64,000 bases of DNA, from the NCBI GenBank assembly GCA_035708305.1, contig DASSSU010000020.1:8481-72480 (forward strand). Direction: 5' to 3'. The translations under genes were made by a program, and so were the position numbers. This document shows positions 18,090 through 27,550 of the stretch, piece by piece. The stretch is from Minisyncoccota bacterium (GTDB lineage Bacteria; Patescibacteriota; Minisyncoccia; Phycocordibacterales; DASSSU01). Positions within the stretch are counted from its first letter, which is position 1, and the number at the start of each line of letters is the position of its first letter. The notes beneath the pieces are model-generated. The model had not been told where the DNA came from, made no database searches, and saw only the letters and a list, made by a program, of their open reading frames with translations.

Positions 18090-18875
18090 TTACTGAGTGT
18101 CCGAAACTGACTGTGTCATCACCTGTGCGCCGTCTTCTCCCACGAGAATCGTATGCTCAAAATGTGCACTCAGTGATCCATCCGCTGTGCGAATCGTATA
18201 GCCGTCTTCGTCCACTGTCAGATATCGCCCTCCGGCGTTCAGCATCGGCTCAATTGCCAAGACCATTCCCGGAACAATCTTTGGTCCGGTTCCCTGGTTG
18301 CCAAAGTTCGCGATGTACGGCTCTTCGTGCACGTGGTGCCCAACCCCATGACCGCCAAGTTCCCGAACAATGCTGTATCCGAAAGGCATAACGAAAGATT
18401 GGATCACAAAACCAATGTCGCCAATGTTTCCCCCAGGCACTGCCACCGCAATCGCACGCTCCAGCGCTTCTTTGGTAACATCCAAAAGCTTTTGTGCTTC
18501 GTACGAGATTTTTCCGACCGGAACCGTCCGCGCACTGTCGGTGATCATTCCGCCGTGATTCACCCCGAGATCAAGCCCGACAATGTCGCCTTCCTGCAAG
18601 ATTCGCGTTTCAGAAGGAATCCCGTGAACAATCTCGTCGTTGACGGAAATACACAAGGAGGCAGGAAAAGGTGTAGTCGCCCCTTCGGGAGAATATCCAA
18701 GAAAGGCAGGCTCATCTCCACGGCTGCGGATCATGCCCTCCGCAATGCGATCCAGCTCTTTTGTGCTCACTCCAGGGCGCACCGCCGCGGCAACTGCATC
18801 GAGCGCAAGCGAAAGCCTCCGCCCACTTTCTCTCAAAAGCTCCGCGTCCTCCTGTGTTTTGATGATCGTTCCCAT
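18090..18875 (-). CDS. map: Methionine aminopeptidase type I
   Basis: CISVNDEIVHGIP, GHGVG, AIEPM, SAHFEHT. Confidence 0.97.
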   Translation of the reverse strand: MGTIIKTQEDAELLRESGRRLSLALDAVAAAVRPGVSTKELDRIAEGMIRSRGDEPAFLGYSPEGATTPFPASLCISVNDEIVHGIPSETRILQEGDIVGLDLGVNHGGMITDSARTVPVGKISYEAQKLLDVTKEALERAIAVAVPGGNIGDIGFVIQSFVMPFGYSIVRELGGHGVGHHVHEEPYIANFGNQGTGPKIVPGMVLAIEPMLNAGGRYLTVDEDGYTIRTADGSLSAHFEHTILVGEDGAQVMTQSVSDTQ

Positions 18876-18879
18876 ATTT

Positions 18880-19467
18880 TTATACTTGCGAACCTAACTT
18901 TTCGATGATTTCCTCAAAGACCTGCTCGGCACTCTGTTCTCCGTTCACCTCCAAAAGTGTTCCATGTTTTCGAAAAATTTCCACGGCCGGAAGCACTTCT
19001 TTCTGAAAATTGTCAAAGCGTGTTTTGATTGCCGCTTCTTCATCATCCTTCCGATGCTGAATGTCTTTGCGTTTCAGCAGTCGATGGATCGCTTCTTCAT
19101 CCGACACATCAATGTAAAATGCCACATACGGACGCCCCAGCCAAGTCATCACATCGTGGAAAAGTTCCGCTTCCGGCGCTTTTCTCGCCACACCGTCAAA
19201 GATAATTCCTTTGTCACTGTGCGTATACAGAGCTTTTTCCTCAAAAACAAACGAGGCAAACCAGTACGGCATCAATCCGCCATTGTCCAAAACATTTCCG
19301 ATTCTTTCACCCAGCGGGCCGCCCTCTGCTGCCAAATCACGGAAACGCTGACCACTGGAATAGGTGTCGTAACCGGTTACCTTTGAGAGGAGCGCGCTCT
19401 GAGTCCCCTTTCCGGATCCAGGCTTTCCAAGCATCGCAAACGCCTTGTACTTTTGAAGTATATCCAT
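18880..19467 (-). CDS. adk: Adenylate kinase (short LID)
   Basis: GKPGSGKGTQ, IFDG, RKDD; canonical position before map. Confidence 0.9.
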   Translation of the reverse strand: MDILQKYKAFAMLGKPGSGKGTQSALLSKVTGYDTYSSGQRFRDLAAEGGPLGERIGNVLDNGGLMPYWFASFVFEEKALYTHSDKGIIFDGVARKAPEAELFHDVMTWLGRPYVAFYIDVSDEEAIHRLLKRKDIQHRKDDEEAAIKTRFDNFQKEVLPAVEIFRKHGTLLEVNGEQSAEQVFEEIIEKLGSQV

Positions 19468-19633
19468 TATTTCATAACCTTAATGCTAATGCAGTCTTTT
19501 CGAAAAACGAACGCTTCCTACAGCTTATCATAAAGTTTCAAAAAAGGTAAAATTTCCGTGAAATATGAGCAATCCTGAAAGGAGCCATCCTGGTACTCAA
19601 ATCCAGGCACACTTTTCCTTTATTTTCATAGAA

Positions 19634-20905
19634 TTATTCTGAAGCTTTATACAGATCATACACGAGGCCGTCATAATCATCCGTAATGAAAATATCGCCA
19701 TTTGAATTTTCCAAAATGCCCGCTGCTCTGCCCGCGCGTTTTCCATCTTTCAAAAATCCGCTCACGATCGGAGTGACAGTCGCCCCATCTTTCGAAACAC
19801 GGACAACAGCATTGCCGGTTCCGATCGAGACATTCCCAGAACCGTGAAGTGCCACAAGAAATGAATTTTGAAGTACACTTCCTGCTTTCGAATCTACAAA
19901 TTCAATCCCCAACGGCGCACTGTGTGGCGGAAGATCGGTAAAAGCAGCAGGAACAACAGAGCAATCGAAAGAATTTTTCCAATTCTCGGTTGTATCAGGC
20001 AGAACTTTTCCATTGAGATAATAGCAATACGGCCAGCCGTAATTTGCTCCCGCTTGTATTTTCAAGACCACGTCATTTGGCGCACCGTTCCCCAAATGAT
20101 CGACCCCCATGTCGGTGGCGTAAAGCGAATCGCCCACAAAGTCGAGTCCGACAGCATTGCGAAGACCGTTTGCATACACCTTGAGGTTTTTACCATCCGG
20201 ATCCATCAGAAGGATACTTGCTCGCTTGAAATTCATCTCTTCGCATCCATCACAGCTTGAACCGACAGAGACATAGATTTTATCGTCGTGAATCGCAAGA
20301 GTTCGCGTGAGGTGCCAGCCGCCTTCCGAAGCAGGATTCCCAAAATCAGGAAAGGTGGCAATCGTCTGCGGGTCGCCCAGCGGTTGCATATCGCCCGCAT
20401 GATATGGATAACGGATGAGTTTATCCGTAAGCGCAATGTAGATCCATTCTTTTCCGCTCGTGTCTTTATAGAATGTGACACTGTTTGGATTGCGGAGATT
20501 GGAAAGATAAACACTCTTTAATCCGAACGTGTGCGTTTCGGAATTGAAGCCGCTCAAAATGTAGATCTTTCCATTATCAGTGTCGCCGGCGTTGATCATA
20601 TCGGGAACAAACAATCGCCCATCGGGAGAGAGCGCCATAAAGCGCGGCTTTGTCATTCCGTTTGCGGCGACAGAAATGTGATAGCCATCTGGAATCGTGA
20701 GACCAAATGACCCAAGTGGAAGACCGGGAGCAGAAATTGTTTCCGTGTGATAAGAAAGATTCCGTATCGGTGAGCTGCTCCCTTCATTCTGATTCTCACT
20801 CGTTTGACCGGATGGATTTTCGGCAGGAGAAAATTCATTTTTGTACACGAAAAATCCCGCGCCAATAATGATCAGAACAATGATGGTGGTCCAAAAAGTT
20901 TTCAT
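19634..20905 (-). CDS. PQQ-dependent sugar/sorbosone dehydrogenase-like beta-propeller
   Basis: N-terminal TM; PRFMALSPDG, YVSVGSSCDGC, ANGLRNAVG, NYGWPYC, HSAPLG. Confidence 0.88.
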   Translation of the reverse strand: MKTFWTTIIVLIIIGAGFFVYKNEFSPAENPSGQTSENQNEGSSSPIRNLSYHTETISAPGLPLGSFGLTIPDGYHISVAANGMTKPRFMALSPDGRLFVPDMINAGDTDNGKIYILSGFNSETHTFGLKSVYLSNLRNPNSVTFYKDTSGKEWIYIALTDKLIRYPYHAGDMQPLGDPQTIATFPDFGNPASEGGWHLTRTLAIHDDKIYVSVGSSCDGCEEMNFKRASILLMDPDGKNLKVYANGLRNAVGLDFVGDSLYATDMGVDHLGNGAPNDVVLKIQAGANYGWPYCYYLNGKVLPDTTENWKNSFDCSVVPAAFTDLPPHSAPLGIEFVDSKAGSVLQNSFLVALHGSGNVSIGTGNAVVRVSKDGATVTPIVSGFLKDGKRAGRAAGILENSNGDIFITDDYDGLVYDLYKASE

Positions 20906-20920
20906 TCAAAAAAAGAATCA

Positions 20921-21256
20921 TTACATCGGCCTTGTTTCCATGATTTCGATCGTTGCCCCTGGAATGTCGAAATGCGGATGACCCTTGAAGGCTTCTGCTG
21001 CCGCTTCGAGGGATTCGGCCACAACATATGACGAGAGCATCATGTCGTTCTTTACATCTTCAACTCCGTCTGCACTCACCCGTTTTGTTTTTCCAAGTGC
21101 GATCGTATTTTGCACAAGATCGGTATGATTCGCCATCCATTCATCCCATTTTTTCTTCATGTCCGCCTCCCCGGTCTTTCGCTCGGCTTCCGGCTTTTGC
21201 ATCCATTTCTCCATCTCGCTTACCGGCGCCATATATATTGCTGTGAAATATTTCAT
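20921..21256 (-). CDS. YciI/DGPF-like dimeric alpha-beta barrel protein
   Basis: LGKTKRVS...SYVVAESLEAAAEAFKGHPH...IEI. Confidence 0.7.
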   Translation of the reverse strand: MKYFTAIYMAPVSEMEKWMQKPEAERKTGEADMKKKWDEWMANHTDLVQNTIALGKTKRVSADGVEDVKNDMMLSSYVVAESLEAAAEAFKGHPHFDIPGATIEIMETRPM

Positions 21257-21282
21257 ATTATTTTTTAAATTATTTTAATAAA

Positions 21283-22170
21283 TTACACGTTCTGTAATTT
21301 TTCTATATCGATCTTTTTCATCTTCATCATCGCGTTCATCGCTGCAGGTTTGTTCATCACGAGCTCGCCCATGTTTTTCGGAATGATTTGCCATGACACG
21401 CCGTACTTGTCTTTCAGCCATCCGCACTGTTCGGACTCCGGTACAGCCGAGAGCTTTTCCCAGTAGTAGTCAATTTCCGCTTGGTCGTCGCAATTCACAA
21501 TGAACGAAACCGCTTCGTTCAAATCAAATTGGTGCATATCGCGGCCGGAATCCATAGCCGCAAACCAAACACCAAGAAGCTGGAAGTCGAGATAAGCAAT
21601 CTTGCTTGCGTCGTCCGGCGCCGTGCCCGGTTCATACGGAAACGTATTCCCTTTCTGGAAATCTTTGAAAACGGAAAGATAAAAATCACGCGCCTCTTCC
21701 GCTTTCCCGGCATTCTCATGAATGAACATGATCGATGGAGTAATCTTCGGCCGAGGATCGCCTTCAGGATTCGTGAGTATAAGCTGCCAAGAAAGGCCGT
21801 ATTTATCTTCAACCCACCCATACCACGGACTGAACGGATACTCGCCAAGCTCCATCAAAACTTTGCCGCCGTCCGAGAGTTTCTCCCAATACCCATCAAC
21901 TTCTTCCCTGCTCTCACAATTTACAAGAAATGATTTGGAGGGGTTGAACCTGAATATCGGGCCGCCATCGAGCGCGAAAAAAGATTGGCCAAAAAGTTCG
22001 AAGAACCCGTTCAAAACTTTTCCATCCATCCCCTGCAAATGTTTGTCCTCGGCATTTTCCGGATAATACACCGTGTCGACAATCTTCGAGTCTGGAAATA
22101 CCGACACATAAAAGTTCATCGCTTCTTCGCAATTTTTATCAAACCACAATCCTGGTACGATTTTTTGCAT
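21283..22170 (-). CDS. VOC family protein (tandem PhnB/3-dmu-9 methyltransferase-like domains)
   Basis: QKIVPGLWF, EEAMNFYVSVF, YGWVEDKYGLSWQ, CGWLKDKYGVSWQ. Confidence 0.9.
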   Translation of the reverse strand: MQKIVPGLWFDKNCEEAMNFYVSVFPDSKIVDTVYYPENAEDKHLQGMDGKVLNGFFELFGQSFFALDGGPIFRFNPSKSFLVNCESREEVDGYWEKLSDGGKVLMELGEYPFSPWYGWVEDKYGLSWQLILTNPEGDPRPKITPSIMFIHENAGKAEEARDFYLSVFKDFQKGNTFPYEPGTAPDDASKIAYLDFQLLGVWFAAMDSGRDMHQFDLNEAVSFIVNCDDQAEIDYYWEKLSAVPESEQCGWLKDKYGVSWQIIPKNMGELVMNKPAAMNAMMKMKKIDIEKLQNV

Positions 22171-22192
22171 ATTTTTTATTTAAATAATAACT

Positions 22193-22786
22193 TTAAACTT
22201 CAATCGTGCCTGTTTTGACTTCTCCTGCCCGTTTGTATGACGCGATGATTATACCAGTTGTCGTGACTTCACATTCCAGCAATTTAAATGCTGCGGGAAT
22301 CGCACCATTGTCAAACAACTTCTTTCCTGAACCGAGCGTCAGCGGGTAAATTTTGAGCCGAAGTTCATCCACCAAATCGTTCGCAAGAAGTAACTGAACG
22401 AGTTTGCTGCTACCCCAAACTTGAATGTCGCGACCATTTCCCTCTTTGAGCCTTTTGATATCTTCCACACTTTTGATAAATACGGTGTTTTCCCAATCTG
22501 TCTCTTCTACGGTATTGGACAGAACATATTTTGTCCCATCCGTGATTGCCAGCCAAAAATCCGTATGCTTCGGCCAGTATGGTTCCCAAATTCCGAAAGT
22601 TTTTCTTCCTAAAAGATAATCGGCGGGTTCCATCTCCTTTTTCACGATCTTTCCCGAGACCTCATCCGCATACGAGGCTGTCCAGCCGCCATACTTAAAC
22701 CCGCCCGATGTATCTTCCTCAGGCCCACCGGGCGCTTGCATGACTCCGTCGAGCGTTATCATTTCTATGACAATGATTTTTCTCAT
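22193..22786 (-). CDS. Dihydrofolate reductase family (RibD C-terminal) protein
   Basis: ITLDGVMQAPGGPEED, LLGRKT, VWGSSKL, LVDELRLKIYPLTLGSGKKLF. Confidence 0.9.
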   Translation of the reverse strand: MRKIIVIEMITLDGVMQAPGGPEEDTSGGFKYGGWTASYADEVSGKIVKKEMEPADYLLGRKTFGIWEPYWPKHTDFWLAITDGTKYVLSNTVEETDWENTVFIKSVEDIKRLKEGNGRDIQVWGSSKLVQLLLANDLVDELRLKIYPLTLGSGKKLFDNGAIPAAFKLLECEVTTTGIIIASYKRAGEVKTGTIEV

Positions 22787-22944
22787 AGTTTACTCATTGC
22801 TCTTAAATTATTAAAATACTGCCGCACGAGTCCGGATTATTTACCGCGAAACTGCTGAATGCTTTCGTGTCCTTAGGTACAGTATATCAAATTAAGAATT
22901 TTTAATCCCAGGTTCCTGTGAACCGTCGGCTTATGCCGAATATA

Positions 22945-22976
22945 ACAAAATACGTCCCTAAAAGGACGTATTTTGT
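22945..22976 (-). terminator. Terminator downstream of secY
   Basis: ACAAAATACGTCC-CTAAAA-GGACGTATTTTGT inverted repeat. Confidence 0.7.
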
Positions 22977-23030
22977 GTTTTGCTTTGAGGATATAAATTC
23001 TTTGAACTATTTCAGAAATCAAGATTCTGT

Positions 23031-24302
23031 TTAGTACTCGCGCATAGTAATCTGTGCATCTACTTTCTTCACCACGTCCAGGATAACATTCACGACGATC
23101 AGCACTGCCGTACCACCGATCGCAAGCGTGGAGTTCCCCGTCGCCGCCTGCATGGCGAGCGGAAGCACTGCCAGGAGCGAGAGAAATGCCGCTCCTACCA
23201 AGGTCACCCGGTTTGAAATTTGGCCGATGTATTCTGCTGTGGTTTGTCCCGGACGAACTCCCGGAATGAACGCACCGCTTTTCTGCAGATTCGTCGCTAC
23301 CGTATCTGGCTCAAACATGATGGACTTGTAGAAGAAGGTGAAGAGGAACACCAAGATGAAGTAGAAAATAGAGTAGAACCAGCCATTCTGGAAAAGATTC
23401 AAAACCGTCTGCCCGATGTGCTGCGCGGTCGGACTTTGCATTTTTACCAGGAAGTTCGCACCGATTCTCGGAAACAAAAGCAAGGAGAGGGCGAAGATAA
23501 TCGGCATGACACCTGCCTGGTTCACTCGGATCGGGAGATACGTGGAAATACCGCTCGAAGATTTGGCTCCGCGAACTCGCTTGGCGTAAATAATCGGTAC
23601 CGGACGTTCCGCCTCAGTGACCAGTGTCGCTCCAGCAATGATCGCAAGTGCGGCAGCAATGAAACCGGCATAGACCGGAATTTGAGAAGGATCATAGGTA
23701 AAAAGTATTTGACTGATGCTTCCCGGAATAGCGGCAACGATTCCGGCAAAGATGATGATCGAAACACCGTTGCCGATGCCAAATTCTGTGATCAATTCTC
23801 CTATCCACATAAGCAAAATCGAGCCGGCAGAAATGACGATCACGTTGAGCAGTGTTTCAAAAGGCGTAAACGGGGGCAAAACACCGTTGGTCTGAAGCAG
23901 CGTGATCAAACCAAACGCTTGCACCAGTGCCAAAGGAAGCGTCAAAATGCGCGCGTACTGGTAAAACCTTCTTCGGCCAATGTCTCCTTCTTCATGAAGC
24001 AATGCCTTCAGCTTTGGAGAAAGTACCGTCAAAAGCTGCATGATGATGGAAGCGGTAATGAAAGCCGCTACTCCCACCATAACGATCGACATGTTTGCCA
24101 AGCCGCCACCAGAAAAAATATTTAAAAGACCAAGAAACTGGCTCTGCGACAAGAAAGCCTGAAGACGGCTCGGATCCATACCCGGAATCGGAATATTTGC
24201 GAGCGCGCGAAAAAAAACAATCGCCACGAAAATAAAAAGGATCTTTTTTCGAAGAGATTGATCTTTCAGCGCCGCTTGAACCTTTCTGAAAAATTCTTCC
24301 AT
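23031..24302 (-). CDS. secY: Preprotein translocase SecY
   Basis: ITASIIMQLL, GIGNGVSIIIFAGI, NQAGVMPIIFA, FIPGVRPG, GGT. Confidence 0.98.
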   Translation of the reverse strand: MEEFFRKVQAALKDQSLRKKILFIFVAIVFFRALANIPIPGMDPSRLQAFLSQSQFLGLLNIFSGGGLANMSIVMVGVAAFITASIIMQLLTVLSPKLKALLHEEGDIGRRRFYQYARILTLPLALVQAFGLITLLQTNGVLPPFTPFETLLNVIVISAGSILLMWIGELITEFGIGNGVSIIIFAGIVAAIPGSISQILFTYDPSQIPVYAGFIAAALAIIAGATLVTEAERPVPIIYAKRVRGAKSSSGISTYLPIRVNQAGVMPIIFALSLLLFPRIGANFLVKMQSPTAQHIGQTVLNLFQNGWFYSIFYFILVFLFTFFYKSIMFEPDTVATNLQKSGAFIPGVRPGQTTAEYIGQISNRVTLVGAAFLSLLAVLPLAMQAATGNSTLAIGGTAVLIVVNVILDVVKKVDAQITMREY

Positions 24303-24320
24303 ACGAGAAATTTAAGGGAA

Positions 24321-24749
24321 TTATACCACCTTTCCGCCTGCACTCTCTATTTTCTTCTTCGCACTCTCCGAAACTTCACATTTGGAAATTTCGAGCTTTT
24401 TGGAAAGATCCCCTCCTCCCAAAATTTTCACCTGCGGAAGCTTGCCATCCCGCTTGCGAATAATGTTTTTGTTCAGAAGCACCGTAGGAGTGACACGCTC
24501 TCCTGAGTTGAAGCTCTCCAAAACAGAAACATTCACCACTTCTGGATGAGCACTGCGCGAATGGAATCGATATCCTCGCTGCTTCGGGATCTTTTTGATG
24601 AGGTCTCGCAATTCCGGGCGAAGTTTTGCACCAGCGCGCGCTTTCTGCCCCTTTGTTCCGCGTCCGGAAGTTTTTCCGCGCTTTCCGCCGCGTCCTACTC
24701 GCTTTTTTGTGCTGTTTGGATGCTCTCTGGTAATGTTGTGAATCTGCAT
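24321..24749 (-). CDS. rplO: 50S ribosomal protein L15
   Basis: KRVGRGGKRGKTSGRGTKGQKARAG, VKILGGG. Confidence 0.96.
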   Translation of the reverse strand: MQIHNITREHPNSTKKRVGRGGKRGKTSGRGTKGQKARAGAKLRPELRDLIKKIPKQRGYRFHSRSAHPEVVNVSVLESFNSGERVTPTVLLNKNIIRKRDGKLPQVKILGGGDLSKKLEISKCEVSESAKKKIESAGGKVV

Positions 24750-24770
24750 GGTTCTTTGAATTAATCGAAA

Positions 24771-25466
24771 TTATTTTTTGGCTTCTGCCGTGTCCGCCGC
24801 TTTCGCCTTTGTGGACGTGTGGCTTTCGCGCCCTTCCTTGGAAGATCTTTTCTCTTCGCCCGAAAGTCGGGAAAGTGCCAAAACAGCGGCCCGAGCGTTG
24901 TTCAGGGAATTCTTACTTCTGGAGAGAATTTTTGCCGACACGTCATGCACGCCGCCAAGGTCAAGCACGCTTCGTACGGCGCTTCCTGCCACCAAGCCCT
25001 TTCCTGGAGCTGGCATGATCACCAAACGCGAACTGCAATACTTTGCTTCCACTTCGTGAGGAATGGACATGTTTTTCTGGAGAGAAAGCTTCAACATGTT
25101 TTTCTTGGCATTGTTGAATGCTTTTTCGATCGCAATGGCGGTATCTGCACCCTTGCCCAAACCAACCCCCACCCGGCCTTTTCGGTCTCCGGCGGCAAGC
25201 GTCACGCTGAAACTAAAGCGGCGGCCTCCTGCCATCACACGGGTCACACGGCGGATATCCAGAATTTTTTGATCAAATTCCGGCTTGAATTTTTCAGCGT
25301 TCCTTCTTCCTCGAGGATTTCTTCCTCCCATCGGTGAACGTCTTCGATCCCGCCCATCTCGCGAGCCATTGAAACGATTCTGAGGAGCACCTTCACGGCC
25401 TGAAGCCACGGAAGCGGTTCCTCCTTCTTTTCTCTCCTGTACTTTTGTAATATTTTCGTCTGCCAT
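24771..25466 (-). CDS. rpsE: 30S ribosomal protein S5 (N- and C-terminal extensions)
   Basis: RRVTRVMAGGRRFSF, GRVGVGLGK, PAPGKGLVAG. Confidence 0.97.
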   Translation of the reverse strand: MADENITKVQERKEGGTASVASGREGAPQNRFNGSRDGRDRRRSPMGGRNPRGRRNAEKFKPEFDQKILDIRRVTRVMAGGRRFSFSVTLAAGDRKGRVGVGLGKGADTAIAIEKAFNNAKKNMLKLSLQKNMSIPHEVEAKYCSSRLVIMPAPGKGLVAGSAVRSVLDLGGVHDVSAKILSRSKNSLNNARAAVLALSRLSGEEKRSSKEGRESHTSTKAKAADTAEAKK

Positions 25467-25492
25467 AATTTTATTCCAACCTTTATAAATAT

Positions 25493-25849
25493 TTAAAATT
25501 CAAGTCCTCCTTCACGGGCCGCCTCGGCAAGAGCCTTGATTCTCCCGGTGTAGATAAAGCCACCACGATCAAACACCACCTGTTTGATGTTTTTCTTCGC
25601 TGCTTTCCCGGCAATATCCTTCCCGATTGCTTCCGCTTTTTTGCGAAGGTTACCGGAAATATGAAGTTCCAGATCGGAAGAAGATGCCAACGTTTTGCCC
25701 TGTTCATCATCGATGACCTGAGCGTAGAGGTGGCGGTTGGAACGGAACACAGAGAGTCGCGGGTACGAAGCAGTACCATTCACGTGTCCGCGGATTCGTC
25801 GATGTCTCCGCTCTCTTTTTGCATTTTTGATTTGTGTTTTTGAAGTCAT
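25493..25849 (-). CDS. rplR: 50S ribosomal protein L18
   Basis: [32 protein letters not shown]. Confidence 0.97.
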   Translation of the reverse strand: MTSKTQIKNAKRERRHRRIRGHVNGTASYPRLSVFRSNRHLYAQVIDDEQGKTLASSSDLELHISGNLRKKAEAIGKDIAGKAAKKNIKQVVFDRGGFIYTGRIKALAEAAREGGLEF

Positions 25850-25876
25850 GATATTGCTTTTAAAAATGAAAAAGTT

Positions 25877-26413
25877 TTATGCGCTCTTCTTTCCTTCCTT
25901 TCGGCGGATCACTTCGTTTTCGTAACGGATGCCTTTGCCCTTGTACGGTTCCGGCTTCTTCAAAGCACGAAGCTGTGCAGAAAAAGCTCCGACCATTTCC
26001 TTGTCAATTCCAGTTACCGTGATTACATTTTTCTCCGCCGTTACCGTCAGACCTGTTGGAATGTTTTTCTCCACCGGATGAGAAAAGCCGATGTTAAGCA
26101 CGAGTTTGTCGCCGGAAACCTGAGATCGAAAACCAACTCCCTCCACGATCAGCTTTTTCACAAACGGCTCGTTCACGCCAGCAATCATATTTTTCACATG
26201 AGAAGCGTATGTCCCCCAAAGAGCACGTCCAAACTGTGTTTCCTTTTTTGGAGAAAGCTTTACCTCACCGTTTTCCACGGCAATGGTGATCGTTGGGCGA
26301 AAAGTTCGCTGCAATTCCCCATGCGGACCTTTTACGGACAAAACACCTTCGTCCGAAATCGTAACTTCGGTTTTCTGTGGTATCTCAATAACTTGTTTTC
26401 CAATTCGCGACAT
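25877..26413 (-). CDS. rplF: 50S ribosomal protein L6
   Basis: MSRIGK, PEPYKGKGIRY. Confidence 0.98.
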   Translation of the reverse strand: MSRIGKQVIEIPQKTEVTISDEGVLSVKGPHGELQRTFRPTITIAVENGEVKLSPKKETQFGRALWGTYASHVKNMIAGVNEPFVKKLIVEGVGFRSQVSGDKLVLNIGFSHPVEKNIPTGLTVTAEKNVITVTGIDKEMVGAFSAQLRALKKPEPYKGKGIRYENEVIRRKEGKKSA

Positions 26414-26492
26414 ATTTTTAAAACTATTTGTTTTGTTTGTGAGCTGTGGTTTGATGTTGAATTATGTATTTTGTGTCAGCCAAGCTTCCCTG

Positions 26493-26627
26493 CGTCAGCC
26501 AAGAGTTTCTTTTTGAGTGCAGTTCAAGGCGTGATTGAGATCTTTGATGTGAGCCGTACTCGTGCGTACGGTGAATGTCAAAATCTCAATCACAACGCAG
26601 AAATGTGCCAAAAAGGGACTCTTGGGG
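26493..26627. repeat. Long palindromic intergenic element, copy 1
   Basis: Nested inverted repeats CCAAGAGTTTCTTTTTG/CAAAAAGGGACTCTTGG, GTGATTGAGAT/ATCTCAATCAC, CCGTAC/GTACGG; abuts the rpsH stop. Confidence 0.85.
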
Positions 26628-27020
26628 CTACCAGATTTCAAAAAGGGACTCCCCTCCCACTCTCATTTTTCTCGCCTCATCCCCGGTCATGACCCCCTTT
26701 GAAGTGGAGACAACCAACATTCCATATCCATGCTTCACTGGATAAATATCCGCAGCATGAATGTACACTCTCTTGGAAGGTTTGGAATGTCTTTTGACTC
26801 CCTTAATCTTTGAAACAGCTGCTCCTTTTTTTAATTCAACTTCAAGCCACGTTCGTTTGTCTTTATCGGTTTTCTTTGTCTGTGATTCGATGTACCCGTT
26901 TTTCTGAAGTACTTCAGCGATGTTTTGCAAAATCTTTGAATACGGAACGAGCACGGTGTCTTTGCCCGCGTTCGTTGCGTTTTTCAACCGAATGATGAAA
27001 TCTGAAATAGAATCTTGCAT
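26628..27020 (-). CDS. rpsH: 30S ribosomal protein S8
   Basis: MQDSISDFIIRLKNA, SKPSKRVY, STSKGVMT, GGE. Confidence 0.97.
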   Translation of the reverse strand: MQDSISDFIIRLKNATNAGKDTVLVPYSKILQNIAEVLQKNGYIESQTKKTDKDKRTWLEVELKKGAAVSKIKGVKRHSKPSKRVYIHAADIYPVKHGYGMLVVSTSKGVMTGDEARKMRVGGESLFEIW

Positions 27021-27101
27021 ATGATTAATTATTTTTTTCTTTGCTTGCGTCAACGGGTTCCGATTCCTTGCACCAGCCAAGCTTTCATTTCAATCTTGGC
27101 A

Positions 27102-27237
27102 CGTCAGCCGAACTTTCATTTCTGAGTGCTATTCGAAGGCAAATGTTTTCTTTTGGTGATGAGCCGTACTCTTCCGTACAGTGAATGCCAAAATGAAACA
27201 TTTGCCAAAGAAGAGTGCCAGAGATGAAAGTTCGGAG
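27102..27237. repeat. Long palindromic intergenic element, copy 2
   Basis: Nested inverted repeats CCGAACTTTCATTTCTG/CAGAGATGAAAGTTCGG, GGCAAATGTTT/AAACATTTGCC, CCGTAC/GTACAG; abuts the rpsN stop. Confidence 0.85.
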
Positions 27238-27423
27238 CTACCAGGAGGATTTGCGCACTCCCGGCACCTTCCCCTCCACCGCCAATTCCCGAAAGCAAAT
27301 TCTGCACAAATCAAAATCCCGCATATAACCATGCTTGCGCCCGCACTTAAAACACCGCCGCACGAGACGCGTGCTAAACTTTGGTTTTTCCTGAGATCTT
27401 GCAACAACTGATTTCTTTGCCAT
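27238..27423 (-). CDS. rpsN: 30S ribosomal protein S14, zinc-binding type Z
   Basis: MAKKS...RCFKCGR...LCRICFRELA...PGVRKSSW (61 aa). Confidence 0.97.
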   Translation of the reverse strand: MAKKSVVARSQEKPKFSTRLVRRCFKCGRKHGYMRDFDLCRICFRELAVEGKVPGVRKSSW

Positions 27424-27550
27424 AGGTACTTCTACAAATAAAGAAAGCCCAAACGAGCTTTCAAATATCCTATCAGAGAAAGCCTCTTTGTCAAATTTTT
27501 CTCCTGTTTTTCTGCATTTTGAGGCAAAATTTCCATGCTTTTTCTCTGAT

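Noticed and set aside
22800-22940. Possible riboswitch upstream of the DHFR-like gene
   Set aside because: Short complementary segments exist, but no known aptamer consensus was recognisable.
27155-27190. Hammerhead ribozyme core (TGATGAG...GAA)
   Set aside because: The required CUGANGA and GAAA core is not intact, and copy 1 lacks TGATGA.
26493-27237. Integron attC sites or CRISPR repeats
   Set aside because: No RYYYAAC/GTTRRRY ends, no integrase or cas genes, only two copies, and they flank essential ribosomal genes.
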